A stretch of DNA of 64,000 nucleotides, from positions 32,023 through 96,022 of the forward strand of contig CASEIV010000004.1 in the NCBI GenBank assembly GCA_949288175.1, written 5' to 3'. This DNA is from an uncultured Eubacteriales bacterium. Its GTDB lineage: Bacteria > Bacillota > Clostridia > TANB77 > CAG-508. The notes under the pieces were generated by a model that saw nothing but the letters and a program-made list of their open reading frames with translations, made no database searches and was not told the origin of the DNA. Positions 35,782 to 46,043 of this stretch are shown in pieces (within the stretch, counting starts at the first letter, position 1; each line of letters opens with the position of its first letter). A program made the position numbers and the translations under genes.

Positions 35782-38148
35782 ATGTTATGTTCAGAATGTA
35801 ATAAAAACCCAGCTATCCTTTTTTATAAAAAAATTGAAAATGGCAAAGAATCTTTAGAAGGGTATTGTTATGATTGTGCAAAAGCAAAAGGCATCAACCC
35901 TAATGAAGTATTATATAGACAAAATGAAATTTTATCTAAAGATAATGTAAATTTAAATGATATGACAAAACAATTTGAGACCATTTTTAAAGACTTAGCT
36001 GAAAATATTAATTTGGAAGATATTGAAAATATTGATGGTGCCATCACATTTGAAAATAATAGTGATGACAATGGTGATGGTACTGGTAAAGTGGCAGGTG
36101 CAGCCATTCCATTAAGTTCATTATTTTCTAATATGTTTGGAGGAAATTCAAATAACAACAATAGTAATCATGAACAAGAATTAAATAATGGTAGAAAAAA
36201 AGTAAAAGTAGAAAAAAAGAAAAATACAAAACAAAATAAAAAGAAAAAATTCTTAGATACTTATGGTACGAATTTGACTGCAAAAGCCAAAAATAATGAA
36301 TTAGATATCGTTATTGGAAGAGATAATGAAATTAGAAGAATTATCCAAATCTTAAATAGACGTTCTAAGAATAATCCTTGCTTAATTGGTGAACCTGGTG
36401 TTGGTAAAACCGCTATTGCTCAAGGATTAGCCATTCGAATTGCTAACCAAAATGTACCTGCAAAATTATTAAATAAAGAAGTCTATCTTTTAGATATGAC
36501 AGCAGTTATTGCAGGAACACAATTTAGAGGACAATTTGAATCTAGAATGAAAGGGATTATTGATGAATGTAAAGAATATGGAAATATCATTTTAGTGATT
36601 GACGAAATTCATAATATCATTGGTGCTGGTGATGGTGAGCATTCTATGAATGCTGCTAACATTTTAAAACCTGCCCTTTCAAATGGAGAAATCCAATTAA
36701 TTGGTACAACAACTTTAAAAGAATATAGAAAATATATTGAAAAAGACTCTGCTTTAGAAAGAAGATTTCAACAAGTGCTAGTAGAAGAACCAAACATTGA
36801 TGATTCTATTGGTATTTTGGAAGGTATCAAAAAATATTATGAAGAATATCATAAAGTAAAAATTTCTTTAGATGTCATTAAACAATCAGTTATTATGTCT
36901 GAGAAATATATTCATGATAGATTTCTACCAGATAAAGCCATCGATATTTTAGATGAAGCTTGTTCAAGAATTAATTTAGAAAACAAAGAATTATTTACTT
37001 TAGAAAAATTAAAACAAGAATTAGAACAAGTCCAAGCTGAAAAAGAAGAAGTGATTGCTGCTGATTCTACAGAAGATTATCAAAAAGCAGCTGATTTAAA
37101 AACACGTGAATGTCAGTTAATTGAACAAATTGATAAATTAAATAAAACCATGAAACCTAGACAATTAACCATTCAAGATATTGCCAATGTGATTGAAAGT
37201 TGGACAAAAATCCCTGTACAAAAAATTACAGAAGCAGAAACACAAAAATTATTAAACTTAGAAACTAATCTTCATAAAAGAATTATTGGTCAAGATGAAG
37301 CTGTTAGTGCTGTATCAAGAGCGATTCGTAGAAATAGAGCAGGATTAAAATCAACTAAAAGACCACCTTCATTCATCTTTGTTGGTCCTACTGGTGTTGG
37401 TAAAACAGAACTTGCTAAAAGTTTAGCTTATGAAATGTTTGGTTCTGAAGATTCTATTATCAGAATCGACATGTCAGAATATATGGAGAGTCACTCTACT
37501 TCTAAATTAATTGGTGCTCCTCCAGGATATGTTGGTTATGATGATGCAGGACAATTAACTGATAAAGTTAAAAGAAAACCATATTCTATCATTTTATTGG
37601 ATGAAATTGAAAAAGCACATCCAGATGTATTTAATATTTTATTACAAGTATTAGATGATGGAATCTTAACAGATAGCCAAGGAAATTCTGTAAGTTTTTC
37701 AAATACTATTATTATTATGACATCTAATGCAGGTTCTAACTTAAATAACAATTCTATTGGATTTGGAAATTCTATGGTAAATAAAAATAAAATCATGGAT
37801 AGTCTAAAAGATGTGTTTAGACCTGAATTTTTAAATAGAGTTGATGAAATTGTTACCTTTGATCCATTAACCAATGAACAATTATTACAAATTGTTGATT
37901 TAATGTTAAATGATACAGTCAAAGCTTTGTCAGACAAAGATATTAAAATGAATATGACAAAATCTGCTAAAAACTATATCTTAGAAAAAGGTACAGATAT
38001 TAAATTTGGTGCTAGACCATTAAGAAGAGCTATCCAAAGATATATTGAAGATGAATTGTCTGAAATGATTTTAAGACAACAATTATTAGATGGACAAACT
38101 GTTAATATTGATTTTGTCGATGGAAATTTAAAATTTGAAGTAAAATAG
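35782..38148 (+). CDS. ATP-dependent Clp protease ATPase, ClpE-like (N-terminal Zn finger)
   Basis: CSEC...CYDC, two AAA modules (GEPGVGKT, GPTGVGKT), UVR coiled coil, IGF ClpP-docking loop; no Clp-N repeats. Confidence 0.9.
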   Translation: MLCSECNKNPAILFYKKIENGKESLEGYCYDCAKAKGINPNEVLYRQNEILSKDNVNLNDMTKQFETIFKDLAENINLEDIENIDGAITFENNSDDNGDGTGKVAGAAIPLSSLFSNMFGGNSNNNNSNHEQELNNGRKKVKVEKKKNTKQNKKKKFLDTYGTNLTAKAKNNELDIVIGRDNEIRRIIQILNRRSKNNPCLIGEPGVGKTAIAQGLAIRIANQNVPAKLLNKEVYLLDMTAVIAGTQFRGQFESRMKGIIDECKEYGNIILVIDEIHNIIGAGDGEHSMNAANILKPALSNGEIQLIGTTTLKEYRKYIEKDSALERRFQQVLVEEPNIDDSIGILEGIKKYYEEYHKVKISLDVIKQSVIMSEKYIHDRFLPDKAIDILDEACSRINLENKELFTLEKLKQELEQVQAEKEEVIAADSTEDYQKAADLKTRECQLIEQIDKLNKTMKPRQLTIQDIANVIESWTKIPVQKITEAETQKLLNLETNLHKRIIGQDEAVSAVSRAIRRNRAGLKSTKRPPSFIFVGPTGVGKTELAKSLAYEMFGSEDSIIRIDMSEYMESHSTSKLIGAPPGYVGYDDAGQLTDKVKRKPYSIILLDEIEKAHPDVFNILLQVLDDGILTDSQGNSVSFSNTIIIMTSNAGSNLNNNSIGFGNSMVNKNKIMDSLKDVFRPEFLNRVDEIVTFDPLTNEQLLQIVDLMLNDTVKALSDKDIKMNMTKSAKNYILEKGTDIKFGARPLRRAIQRYIEDELSEMILRQQLLDGQTVNIDFVDGNLKFEVK

Positions 38149-38157
38149 GAGATTTTT

Positions 38158-38751
38158 ATGTTAAAACATGTACCAAACGCACTAACCATTATTCGATTTT
38201 TATTAATACCATTTATTGTAATAAACATTTTTAGTGGAAACTTTATCATTGCTTTTATATTCTTCACGGTATCTGGTATAACAGATATCGCTGATGGATG
38301 TATTGCAAGAAAATTTAATTTGATATCTAATTTTGGAAAACTAATGGATCCTTTAGCAGATAAATTAACACAAATTGCTACCATTGCTTCTTTAACTTTA
38401 AAGGATATCATTCCTATTTGGATATTAGCAATTGTACTATTAAAAGAATTAATTATGATTGCAGGTGCTTCTTTTCTATATGGTAAAGATGTTGTGGTAT
38501 ACAGCAAATGGTATGGAAAATTAGCAACAGTCCTTTTCTACCTTGCTATTGTATTTTCATTATTAATCAATCAATTTAATTTAGAATCTATTTGGTCTAA
38601 TTTAGACCTGTGGTTATTCTATTTAGCTTTATTTGCTACTGTATTTTCTTTATTGATGTATATTAAAGATGTTTATAAAAAAGGGTTTATTGACAAACAA
38701 GATTTGAATAAAGAAGTTACGATTGATAAAAAAGAGAGAAAAAGAAACTGA
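38158..38751 (+). CDS. pgsA: CDP-alcohol phosphatidyltransferase (PgsA-like)
   Basis: PNALTIIR, TDIADGCIARK, GKLMDPLADK. Confidence 0.85.
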   Translation: MLKHVPNALTIIRFLLIPFIVINIFSGNFIIAFIFFTVSGITDIADGCIARKFNLISNFGKLMDPLADKLTQIATIASLTLKDIIPIWILAIVLLKELIMIAGASFLYGKDVVVYSKWYGKLATVLFYLAIVFSLLINQFNLESIWSNLDLWLFYLALFATVFSLLMYIKDVYKKGFIDKQDLNKEVTIDKKERKRN

Positions 38752-38758
38752 TACGCAC

Positions 38759-38968
38759 CTAAGGTGACGTATCAGTTTTTTTCTTCATTAGCATATAGGT
38801 GATAATCGTACCACCTATAATTATCCTGAAAATTATTGTCAGGATAATCAATCCTAGGACGATTCCTATTTTTTTGTAAATCATTAGGACGATTATAAAT
38901 CCTCCTAATGGTCCACATATTAATTGTATTCCCCATATAATGAGGATTACAAATTCTTTTTTTCCCAT
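38759..38968 (-). CDS. Small very hydrophobic hypothetical protein (69 aa)
   Basis: AGAAAGG RBS before MGKKEF; almost entirely apolar. Confidence 0.55.
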   Translation of the reverse strand: MGKKEFVILIIWGIQLICGPLGGFIIVLMIYKKIGIVLGLIILTIIFRIIIGGTIITYMLMKKKTDTSP

Positions 38969-39073
38969 TTTTTCCTTTCTGCCCAAATATCCCTTTGGGC
39001 TTGGTTTACTTTTAATGGTTACTTCTTATATTATACTATACTTACATAATTAAATCAAACTGAAATTATCGTT

Positions 39074-39679
39074 TCACTCATAATCTTCAATTAACTGATT
39101 CAATTCCACTCTTCCATTTGCTTCAATCCCATTTTGTAGCTCAATTCTATCTGTTTCTGTCAAAAATTCTGTTGCAATATCGGTTTCTTCTACTAATTCT
39201 TCTGTATCACCTGTTTTTAGATATACAACCACTTTTCCCTCTTTTTCTCTTAACACATAATGTTCTCCACATTCACTATCAAATTCTCTATATAAAATAA
39301 TCTGATTTCGTGAAAATGTTTCTGCTGTCCAACCTTCATATTGTTCTTGTAAATCCTCTTCTGTTTTATTGACTAATTCTGTTGGGATACTAGAATATTG
39401 TTCAATCGTATGTCCACAATCATTATAATGTCTTCTAAATATAATTGAACAATTAGGAGATATCTTTTCTCCTTCTGAGCTTGTCTCCTCTACTAATGTA
39501 TTGCTCTCGACCATTTCTTCATATTCATCTGTACACTCATCATAAATCTCTTCTTGGTTTTGCTCAGCAATTTCTGTTTCTGTCTTTTCACTCGAAATAT
39601 TTTTTATTAAAATGACACCAATCACTGTTCCTAAGATAAATAATACGATAATGGCTGAAATGATTATACTTTTTTTCAT
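39074..39679 (-). CDS. BofC C-terminal domain protein
   Basis: TM anchor; CGEHYVLREKEGKVVVY...ETDRIELQNGI pattern. Confidence 0.7.
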   Translation of the reverse strand: MKKSIIISAIIVLFILGTVIGVILIKNISSEKTETEIAEQNQEEIYDECTDEYEEMVESNTLVEETSSEGEKISPNCSIIFRRHYNDCGHTIEQYSSIPTELVNKTEEDLQEQYEGWTAETFSRNQIILYREFDSECGEHYVLREKEGKVVVYLKTGDTEELVEETDIATEFLTETDRIELQNGIEANGRVELNQLIEDYE

Positions 39680-39753
39680 TTTCTTACATTCCTTTCATAT
39701 CCTTTTATAGTATTATTTACCTTTTTTTACAGTTTATACATTTTCTTTTATTT

Positions 39754-40095
39754 TTAATTCGCTTTTAAATAAGCAATAACAGCTTGTTTTATTAATTCAT
39801 TAATAGAAATATTTTTTTCAATTGATTTCATTTTTGCTTTGTTATGAAGCTCTACACCTAATCTCACATTCAAAGATCCTTTTGCTTGCTTCTCAGGCTC
39901 TAAATTATTTGCTTTACATACACTTAGATAATGGTCTATGGCATCTTTAAAATCTTTCTTTAATTCCTTAACTGTTTCTCCCTCAAATGAAATACTGTCA
40001 TTTTTTAATCCTTCTATTTCTCCACAAAAACACTCATCTTCATCGCTATATTTAATTTCTGCCCAGTATCCTCGATATTTCATAATATTTTTCAT
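39754..40095 (-). CDS. hicB: HicB antitoxin
   Basis: MKYRGYWAEIKYSDED...FKDAIDHYL...KGSLNVRLGVELH (RHH tail). Confidence 0.93.
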   Translation of the reverse strand: MKNIMKYRGYWAEIKYSDEDECFCGEIEGLKNDSISFEGETVKELKKDFKDAIDHYLSVCKANNLEPEKQAKGSLNVRLGVELHNKAKMKSIEKNISINELIKQAVIAYLKAN

Positions 40096-40349
40096 TAAAA
40101 TTCCTCCATTTCACTTAATTTTTTTAACAAATTATGTACTTGATATGGCTTTAATATATTGCTTGGATGTGGTTTATGTAGTTCTATTTTTATATTATTT
40201 CCATTCATAAACACTACTCTCGAACCAGAAGTCTTTCCTTTATTATTTTCATAAAATCCTAATTTATTTAATAATGATTTTGCTTCTTCATATGTATAAT
40301 CTTTTGGTTTTGATTTTAATCTTTCTATTTCTTTTTCTAATTTACTTAT
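40095..40349 (-). CDS. hicA: HicA toxin with ATA start codon (84 aa; not in ORF track)
   Basis: (I)SKLEKEIERLKSKPKDYTYEE...GKTSGSRVVF...LHKPHP...KPYQV; GGGAG RBS 9 nt before ATA; TAATG overlap with hicB. Confidence 0.85.
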   Translation of the reverse strand: MSKLEKEIERLKSKPKDYTYEEAKSLLNKLGFYENNKGKTSGSRVVFMNGNNIKIELHKPHPSNILKPYQVHNLLKKLSEMEEF

Positions 40350-40475
40350 TTTATTATACTCCCTTCTTTTATATTTTGCAACTATTTTTAGTCGCTAAAT
40401 TTCTCTATAAACTTTTTCACACGAATCTTTCCTTTGTGATTAACTTTGATACGAATTTCTCCAATTTCATCTGTC

Positions 40476-43004
40476 CTAAAAATCTGCATGCCGAAATGAT
40501 TGTAATCTTTCTAAAACAGCTTTACTTGGATGTCCAAACATATTATTTTCTCCTACCCCAATGATAGCAACTTTACTATTTACTGCTTCTAAAAATTCTT
40601 CTGTCGATGAACTTTTAGAACCATGATGAGCAACTTTTAATACAGTCGCCTTTAGACTATCTAAGTTATCGCTATATACGCTTAAGATTTTCTTTTCTGC
40701 CACTTCTTCTATATCACCAGTAAATAACATACCAAAACCTTTATACTGTAATTTCATCACCATGGCATTGTTGTTTAATATATTTTCTTCTATCTGTTTC
40801 TCTATTGGCCATAATATACGGAAAACAACATCTCCTATTGTAATTTTGTCACCTATCTTTACTTCCTGTACTTTTAAATTCTTTTGTTCTACTATTTCTA
40901 AAAATGTTTCATAATTTTCACTTTTTTCTCCCTGTTTCGTTATAAATATTTGTCCTACCTTAAATTCTTCTAACACAGGCAATATACCACCTACATGATC
41001 TTGGTCAAAATGGGAAATAAATACATAATCTAGCTTTGTATACCCTTTATCCAATAAATAAGGGATAACTGTATCTTTTCCGACATCAAATGTGTTAGAT
41101 GTACTTCCTCCTCCATCAATTAAAATAGTTTTATGATTTGGTGTTACAATAAAGCAAGAATCTCCTTGTCCTACATCTAAAAAATGTATTTCTAAATCTC
41201 TAGGAAATTGATAAATTCCTATAAAAAAAAGGACTAAAAAAATTACTTTATACGTTCTTAAAATAAATGCTTTTACATTTCTTTCTTCTAAAATTTTTCG
41301 ATAAATCTTGAAATTTTTCTTCTTTTTTTCATATAGTTTATATTTCATAAGTGCTATTAGATTTTTTACTCTTCTTTTTGTACTATTTTCATATTTGGTA
41401 GTATAAATCATATATATCTGATTACCTACCAACATCACAATGTAATAGATAATGATGTATAAAATACTTGGTGTGGGAACATATATTTTTGAAAAAGGTA
41501 AACTAGCCAAATTAGAAATTTGTATTAGAGATTTAATACCTATTGATAAAAAAACAGATATAAATTGTGAAATTTGTAAATGAATAAATGAACTAAAGAT
41601 AAAAATAATGGATAAAAACATAATAGGACCAATCATGATACTGACTAAAATATTGGTTATCACAAAATAGATTCCTATCATATTAAAATGATAAAGCATA
41701 ATAGGAAGAATCATGATTTGTGCAGAAAGTGTAACAGATATCATATCTTTTAGATTTTCTACAATCTTAGAAATTCGCTTACTTCTTTTTATTTGTATAT
41801 TATTTTTTATCCATTTTATATTATCTAGAAATTGCTTTATATTTTTATTGAATAAAATAATTCCAATCGTACCTAAATAAGATAATTGCAATCCGACACT
41901 TGTAATCGCATATGGATTTTGTATTAATATTATTCCTAACGAAATGGCAATTGATGTCCAAATATCATTTTTTCTATATACTAAGAAAGCGATTATATTC
42001 ATCATTCCCATAATACCTGCTCTTACAATTGAACTCGTATATCCTGTTAGAGACATGTAAAATAACAACCCAATAATGACAACATATTTGACATTTCTTT
42101 TTCCTAACCACTTTTTAAAAACAATTTCTATTCCCATAACAATATAAACAATATGCATACCAGATACTGCTAAAACATGAGAAATATTTGCTATTTGAAA
42201 TTTTTCTTTTAACTCTTCTTCTAAAACAGTGGTATCTCCTAAGATTAGCCCTTTTACAATTTGCTCTTCTTCTTTTTCTAATACTTTTTCAATATTTTCT
42301 GTCATAACTAACTTGATTGTATTGATACTTTTTTCAATCCAATTTACATTATCTGAAGATATTTTTTGATAGCTCTCAACTTTTAATGTACCATATATAT
42401 GGATAGATTTTAAATATAACTGATAATCAAATCCTCCTGTATTTCTTTGTTCACTTCCTTTTCGAAACTCTCCTTGTAATCTTACTTTATCACCATATTG
42501 AAATTTGATTTCTTTTTTTACTTCTATATAAATTTGTGTAGATTGATATTTATCAGAACCATTTACTGTTAATACCTTTACTGTATATCGATTTTTATAT
42601 TCTCTTTCTTCCTGATTACTGATAATAATTCCTTCTACTGTTATATTTTCCTCAGTATATAGATTTTCATATCGTTTTTCTTGGAATATGAGAATTGTAT
42701 TGGAAATAATAGAACTAATAATGATTAAAAAAATAACTTGTTTTGTCAAAATTAATTTGATATATCGAAGATATCGATGAATTGAAAATAATTGAAATGA
42801 TGTATTGTTTTTACTTTTAAAACATTTTTTTAAAAACATAATCAAAAATGACATAATTGAATTTTTTTGATTTTTTCTATAAAACAGTATAGCTATTAGG
42901 ATATATAAAAGGACTATACTAAAATTTAAGTATAGCCCCCATATAATTCCGATTATATATCCTATAACTATAACGACAATTGGTCTTTTCAAATTTGCTA
43001 TCAT
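40476..43004 (-). CDS. comEC: ComEC/Rec2 DNA uptake channel; C-terminus frameshifted (alternative frame continues to 40388)
   Basis: HVLAVSGMH, DVGQGD, SHFDQDHVGG, KVAHHGS, FGHP; the RTDEIGEI motif lies in another frame. Confidence 0.93.
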   Translation of the reverse strand: MIANLKRPIVVIVIGYIIGIIWGLYLNFSIVLLYILIAILFYRKNQKNSIMSFLIMFLKKCFKSKNNTSFQLFSIHRYLRYIKLILTKQVIFLIIISSIISNTILIFQEKRYENLYTEENITVEGIIISNQEEREYKNRYTVKVLTVNGSDKYQSTQIYIEVKKEIKFQYGDKVRLQGEFRKGSEQRNTGGFDYQLYLKSIHIYGTLKVESYQKISSDNVNWIEKSINTIKLVMTENIEKVLEKEEEQIVKGLILGDTTVLEEELKEKFQIANISHVLAVSGMHIVYIVMGIEIVFKKWLGKRNVKYVVIIGLLFYMSLTGYTSSIVRAGIMGMMNIIAFLVYRKNDIWTSIAISLGIILIQNPYAITSVGLQLSYLGTIGIILFNKNIKQFLDNIKWIKNNIQIKRSKRISKIVENLKDMISVTLSAQIMILPIMLYHFNMIGIYFVITNILVSIMIGPIMFLSIIFIFSSFIHLQISQFISVFLSIGIKSLIQISNLASLPFSKIYVPTPSILYIIIYYIVMLVGNQIYMIYTTKYENSTKRRVKNLIALMKYKLYEKKKKNFKIYRKILEERNVKAFILRTYKVIFLVLFFIGIYQFPRDLEIHFLDVGQGDSCFIVTPNHKTILIDGGGSTSNTFDVGKDTVIPYLLDKGYTKLDYVFISHFDQDHVGGILPVLEEFKVGQIFITKQGEKSENYETFLEIVEQKNLKVQEVKIGDKITIGDVVFRILWPIEKQIEENILNNNAMVMKLQYKGFGMLFTGDIEEVAEKKILSVYSDNLDSLKATVLKVAHHGSKSSSTEEFLEAVNSKVAIIGVGENNMFGHPSKAVLERLQSFRHADF

Positions 43005-43013
43005 TCCTTTTCA

Positions 43014-44315
43014 TTATAGTACTCTTCTTGCACCTACATAATTATTATTATAATATCCTGTGCTTAAAGAATCGATTCTGACTCCTGTTGATGGAGTTGA
43101 TGCGTGGATAATCTTTCCTCCACCGATATATATTGCCACATGATTAATTCCAGATTTACCAAACATAACTAAATCACCTGGTTGTAAGTTTGCTCTACTA
43201 ACAGCAACCCCATTACTATATTGTCCAGCAGCAGTTCTATTTAAAGATATTCCATGTTGTTTAAATACATATGAAGTAAATCCTGAGCAATCAAATCCTG
43301 TACTTGGTGAACTTCCTCCATAAGTATAGTTATATCCTAAATATTTTTTCGCTGTTGCCACAATTGATGAACCATTACCAGATGATGGTACAGTTGTTGT
43401 TTCTGTTGTTGCTTTTTGACTTGCTGTATTTGTGGTTGTTTTTGTACTACTTGTTCTTCTAGAAGTGCTTTGGCCTCTTGATGTTTCTTGTTTACTGTCT
43501 GATAATAATGAAGTTGAAATGTATCCTTCTACATTATTAATCTTTACTCTACTCCAGCCATTTTCTTCACTATAAACTTGAACTTCTGTATTTAAAGCTA
43601 CAGTCGTTACAATAGTACTAGAAGTATTTGCTTCTTGTCTTACGTTAACTGTTGTAGAATTTACATATTGTGTTTTGATTGATGTTTCTTGAGCTGGTTC
43701 TTCTGGCACTTCTTCTACAGTTTCTTCCACTGGCTCGTCTTTCTTTAATTTATCTTTTCTTAACCAACCTTTTGTTGTTTGTGTTTCTACACATGCCCAT
43801 CCATTCATCACTTCTGTGACAGTAACTGTTTCATCCTTTTTTAATTCTATCACATCTGTTGCATTAATTGATGGTATTAATTTTAGTCTTATATCCTCTG
43901 AAATTTTATATTCTCCCAATGTTATTTCTTCTGTACCGTTTGTATCAGTACCTTCTTCTGTTGTAGTTTCTACTTTTTCACTATTTTCTTCTGCTGTATT
44001 TTCACTTACTTGATTGTTATCTTCTGTAGATTCTGGATTTGAATTTACTGTAACTAGTTCTTTACTTACATATCCTGTAATATGATTATATGTAACTTGA
44101 TACCAGTCACCTTCTTCTCCTACAATTTCGACTTCTTGATTCAAAGTAATTTGTTCCAAGATTGTACTTTCAGCATCTGCCGTCTCCCTTAAATTAGCAA
44201 CATCCACATTGATTGTTCCTGTATTTGCTGCTAAGCTGATATTTATAAAAAGCAAACTAGCTAATGATATAATTGCCATAACAAAAATGCTTTTTATATT
44301 CATTTTACTTTTCAT
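43014..44315 (-). CDS. SH3b-repeat NlpC/P60 peptidoglycan endopeptidase
   Basis: Signal peptide, three SH3b-like repeats, GFDCSGF (Cys), HVAIYIG, IIHAS. Confidence 0.92.
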   Translation of the reverse strand: MKSKMNIKSIFVMAIISLASLLFINISLAANTGTINVDVANLRETADAESTILEQITLNQEVEIVGEEGDWYQVTYNHITGYVSKELVTVNSNPESTEDNNQVSENTAEENSEKVETTTEEGTDTNGTEEITLGEYKISEDIRLKLIPSINATDVIELKKDETVTVTEVMNGWACVETQTTKGWLRKDKLKKDEPVEETVEEVPEEPAQETSIKTQYVNSTTVNVRQEANTSSTIVTTVALNTEVQVYSEENGWSRVKINNVEGYISTSLLSDSKQETSRGQSTSRRTSSTKTTTNTASQKATTETTTVPSSGNGSSIVATAKKYLGYNYTYGGSSPSTGFDCSGFTSYVFKQHGISLNRTAAGQYSNGVAVSRANLQPGDLVMFGKSGINHVAIYIGGGKIIHASTPSTGVRIDSLSTGYYNNNYVGARRVL

Positions 44316-44484
44316 TGTAATCCTTCTCCTTAAATATTTTATATTTTTAAAAAAGTAGTACCGAAATAGTATACTATAAATCTAAAAAAAAGTCAAATTT
44401 TTGACTTTTTTCCAAAATATGTTAAATTTTATAATACTACTTTTTTTGAATATATCTGTAAAAACATAACAAAACCATATACCA

Positions 44485-44817
44485 TTATACCACTTGATTT
44501 TTTATCAATAACTTTACCATATTATATATGAATCTTTGTTTTTCCAAATTACATTTAATAATCAATTCATACAATTCTTTATCCATATATCTAATTATAT
44601 TATCGCTTTTTTCATTTAGAACATCATAAATAGAAATATTTAAGAAATCACATATTTTTATAAATGTTTTCAATTCTATTTTCGTCTTTCCATTTTCTAA
44701 TCTACTTATATAATTTAGAGAGATTCCTAAAAAATCTGCCATTTCTTTTTGACTAATCTTATTTTCCATTCTTGTAGCTTGTATTCTTTTACCAATATTA
44801 GAAAAATCTATACTCAT
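44485..44817 (-). CDS. XRE-family HTH transcriptional regulator
   Basis: IGKRIQATR...SQKEMADFLGISLNYISRLENGK. Confidence 0.9.
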   Translation of the reverse strand: MSIDFSNIGKRIQATRMENKISQKEMADFLGISLNYISRLENGKTKIELKTFIKICDFLNISIYDVLNEKSDNIIRYMDKELYELIIKCNLEKQRFIYNMVKLLIKNQVV

Positions 44818-44896
44818 ATTATCACTTCTCCTTTATTGGTAAATATAACATTATAGGTTTTATTTGTCAATACATTTTTTTACATAATAGTAAAAA

Positions 44897-45916
44897 TTAA
44901 TTTTCTATGCTTTGAATTGCATATGTGTTGTTAACAACTTTGTCATAAGGTGCTGGATTCTCTAGTTCTTCAGCCAATGTCATAACTTCTTGAAGCCTAT
45001 TAAAACTTTCTTCTTTCAATACAGGCGTTTCATTCCATGCATCAATATCTTTATATGTTTGTATTGCCTCTGTTAACATTTCAATACTTGTATCTGGGAA
45101 AAAGTCTTGTATAACAGTTGCAATTTCTTCTGCAGTATGTTCTTTTACCCAAGTTTGCCCTTTATAAATCGCATCTGTAAAGCTTTGAATAATATCTTCA
45201 TTTGCCTCAATATAGCTTTTTTTAGCAAAATAGGCTGTATATGGTATTTCTCCTGCCTCTTCTCCAACTGACGCCACTACATATCCTTTTCCTTCTTGTT
45301 CTGTTAAAGAAGCTGTTGGCTCAAATAAGGTTACATAGTCAGCATTTCCAGCTGCAAACGCACCTGCCATTAAGTCAAATTTGATACTGTCATCTAATAC
45401 CACATCTGTTTCTGGATTAATTCCATTCTTTTTTAAGACATATTCTAATGTCATATATGGTACGCCACCTTTTCTTCCTGGAATAACCGTTTTGCCTTTT
45501 AAGTTTTCCCAACTAAAATTTTCTTCATCTGTTCTAGAAACTAATAATGAACCATCTTTTTTTGTTAATTGTGCAAATACCTCTGTATAGTCTTCCTTTC
45601 CTTCATTATATACATAGATAGATGCTTCTGGACCTGCAAATCCAATTTCTACTTGATTTGCTAATACACTTGTCATAACAGCATCTGCCCCTTGACCAGT
45701 AGATAATTCAATTTCTAATCCTTTTTCTTCAAAATATCCATTGTTGATTGCAACATATTGTGGTGCATAAAAGACTGAACGTGTTACCTCACTAACATGG
45801 ATGGTTTGTAAAGCATTTTGATTGTTTCCTGTTTGACTTTTTATAACCACAACAACAATCACAATTGCAATTACTAAGATTACGCATGCTAGCACAATTT
45901 TTCCTTTTTTACTCAT
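44897..45916 (-). CDS. ABC transporter substrate-binding protein (NMT1/THI5/SsuA family)
   Basis: VTRSVFYAPQYVA, GQGAD, GGVPYM, FEPTAS; TM-anchored. Confidence 0.9.
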   Translation of the reverse strand: MSKKGKIVLACVILVIAIVIVVVVIKSQTGNNQNALQTIHVSEVTRSVFYAPQYVAINNGYFEEKGLEIELSTGQGADAVMTSVLANQVEIGFAGPEASIYVYNEGKEDYTEVFAQLTKKDGSLLVSRTDEENFSWENLKGKTVIPGRKGGVPYMTLEYVLKKNGINPETDVVLDDSIKFDLMAGAFAAGNADYVTLFEPTASLTEQEGKGYVVASVGEEAGEIPYTAYFAKKSYIEANEDIIQSFTDAIYKGQTWVKEHTAEEIATVIQDFFPDTSIEMLTEAIQTYKDIDAWNETPVLKEESFNRLQEVMTLAEELENPAPYDKVVNNTYAIQSIEN

Positions 45917-46043
45917 TTCACACCTCCTTGATTTTTCTCCTTATATTTTATGTTTCTTGTTGGAATGTGTGAAATGTTTCGTTTTTCTAAAAACCGTATA
46001 TTGATTTGTTTTCGTTTATTTTGAATGTTATCATATTTCTATT

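Noticed and set aside
44485-44817. XRE regulator as the HipB of the kinase cassette
   Set aside because: Separated from the cassette by the ABC binding-protein gene and its own intergenic region; acting in trans on the CCATAA-T-TTATGG palindrome is possible but unsupported.
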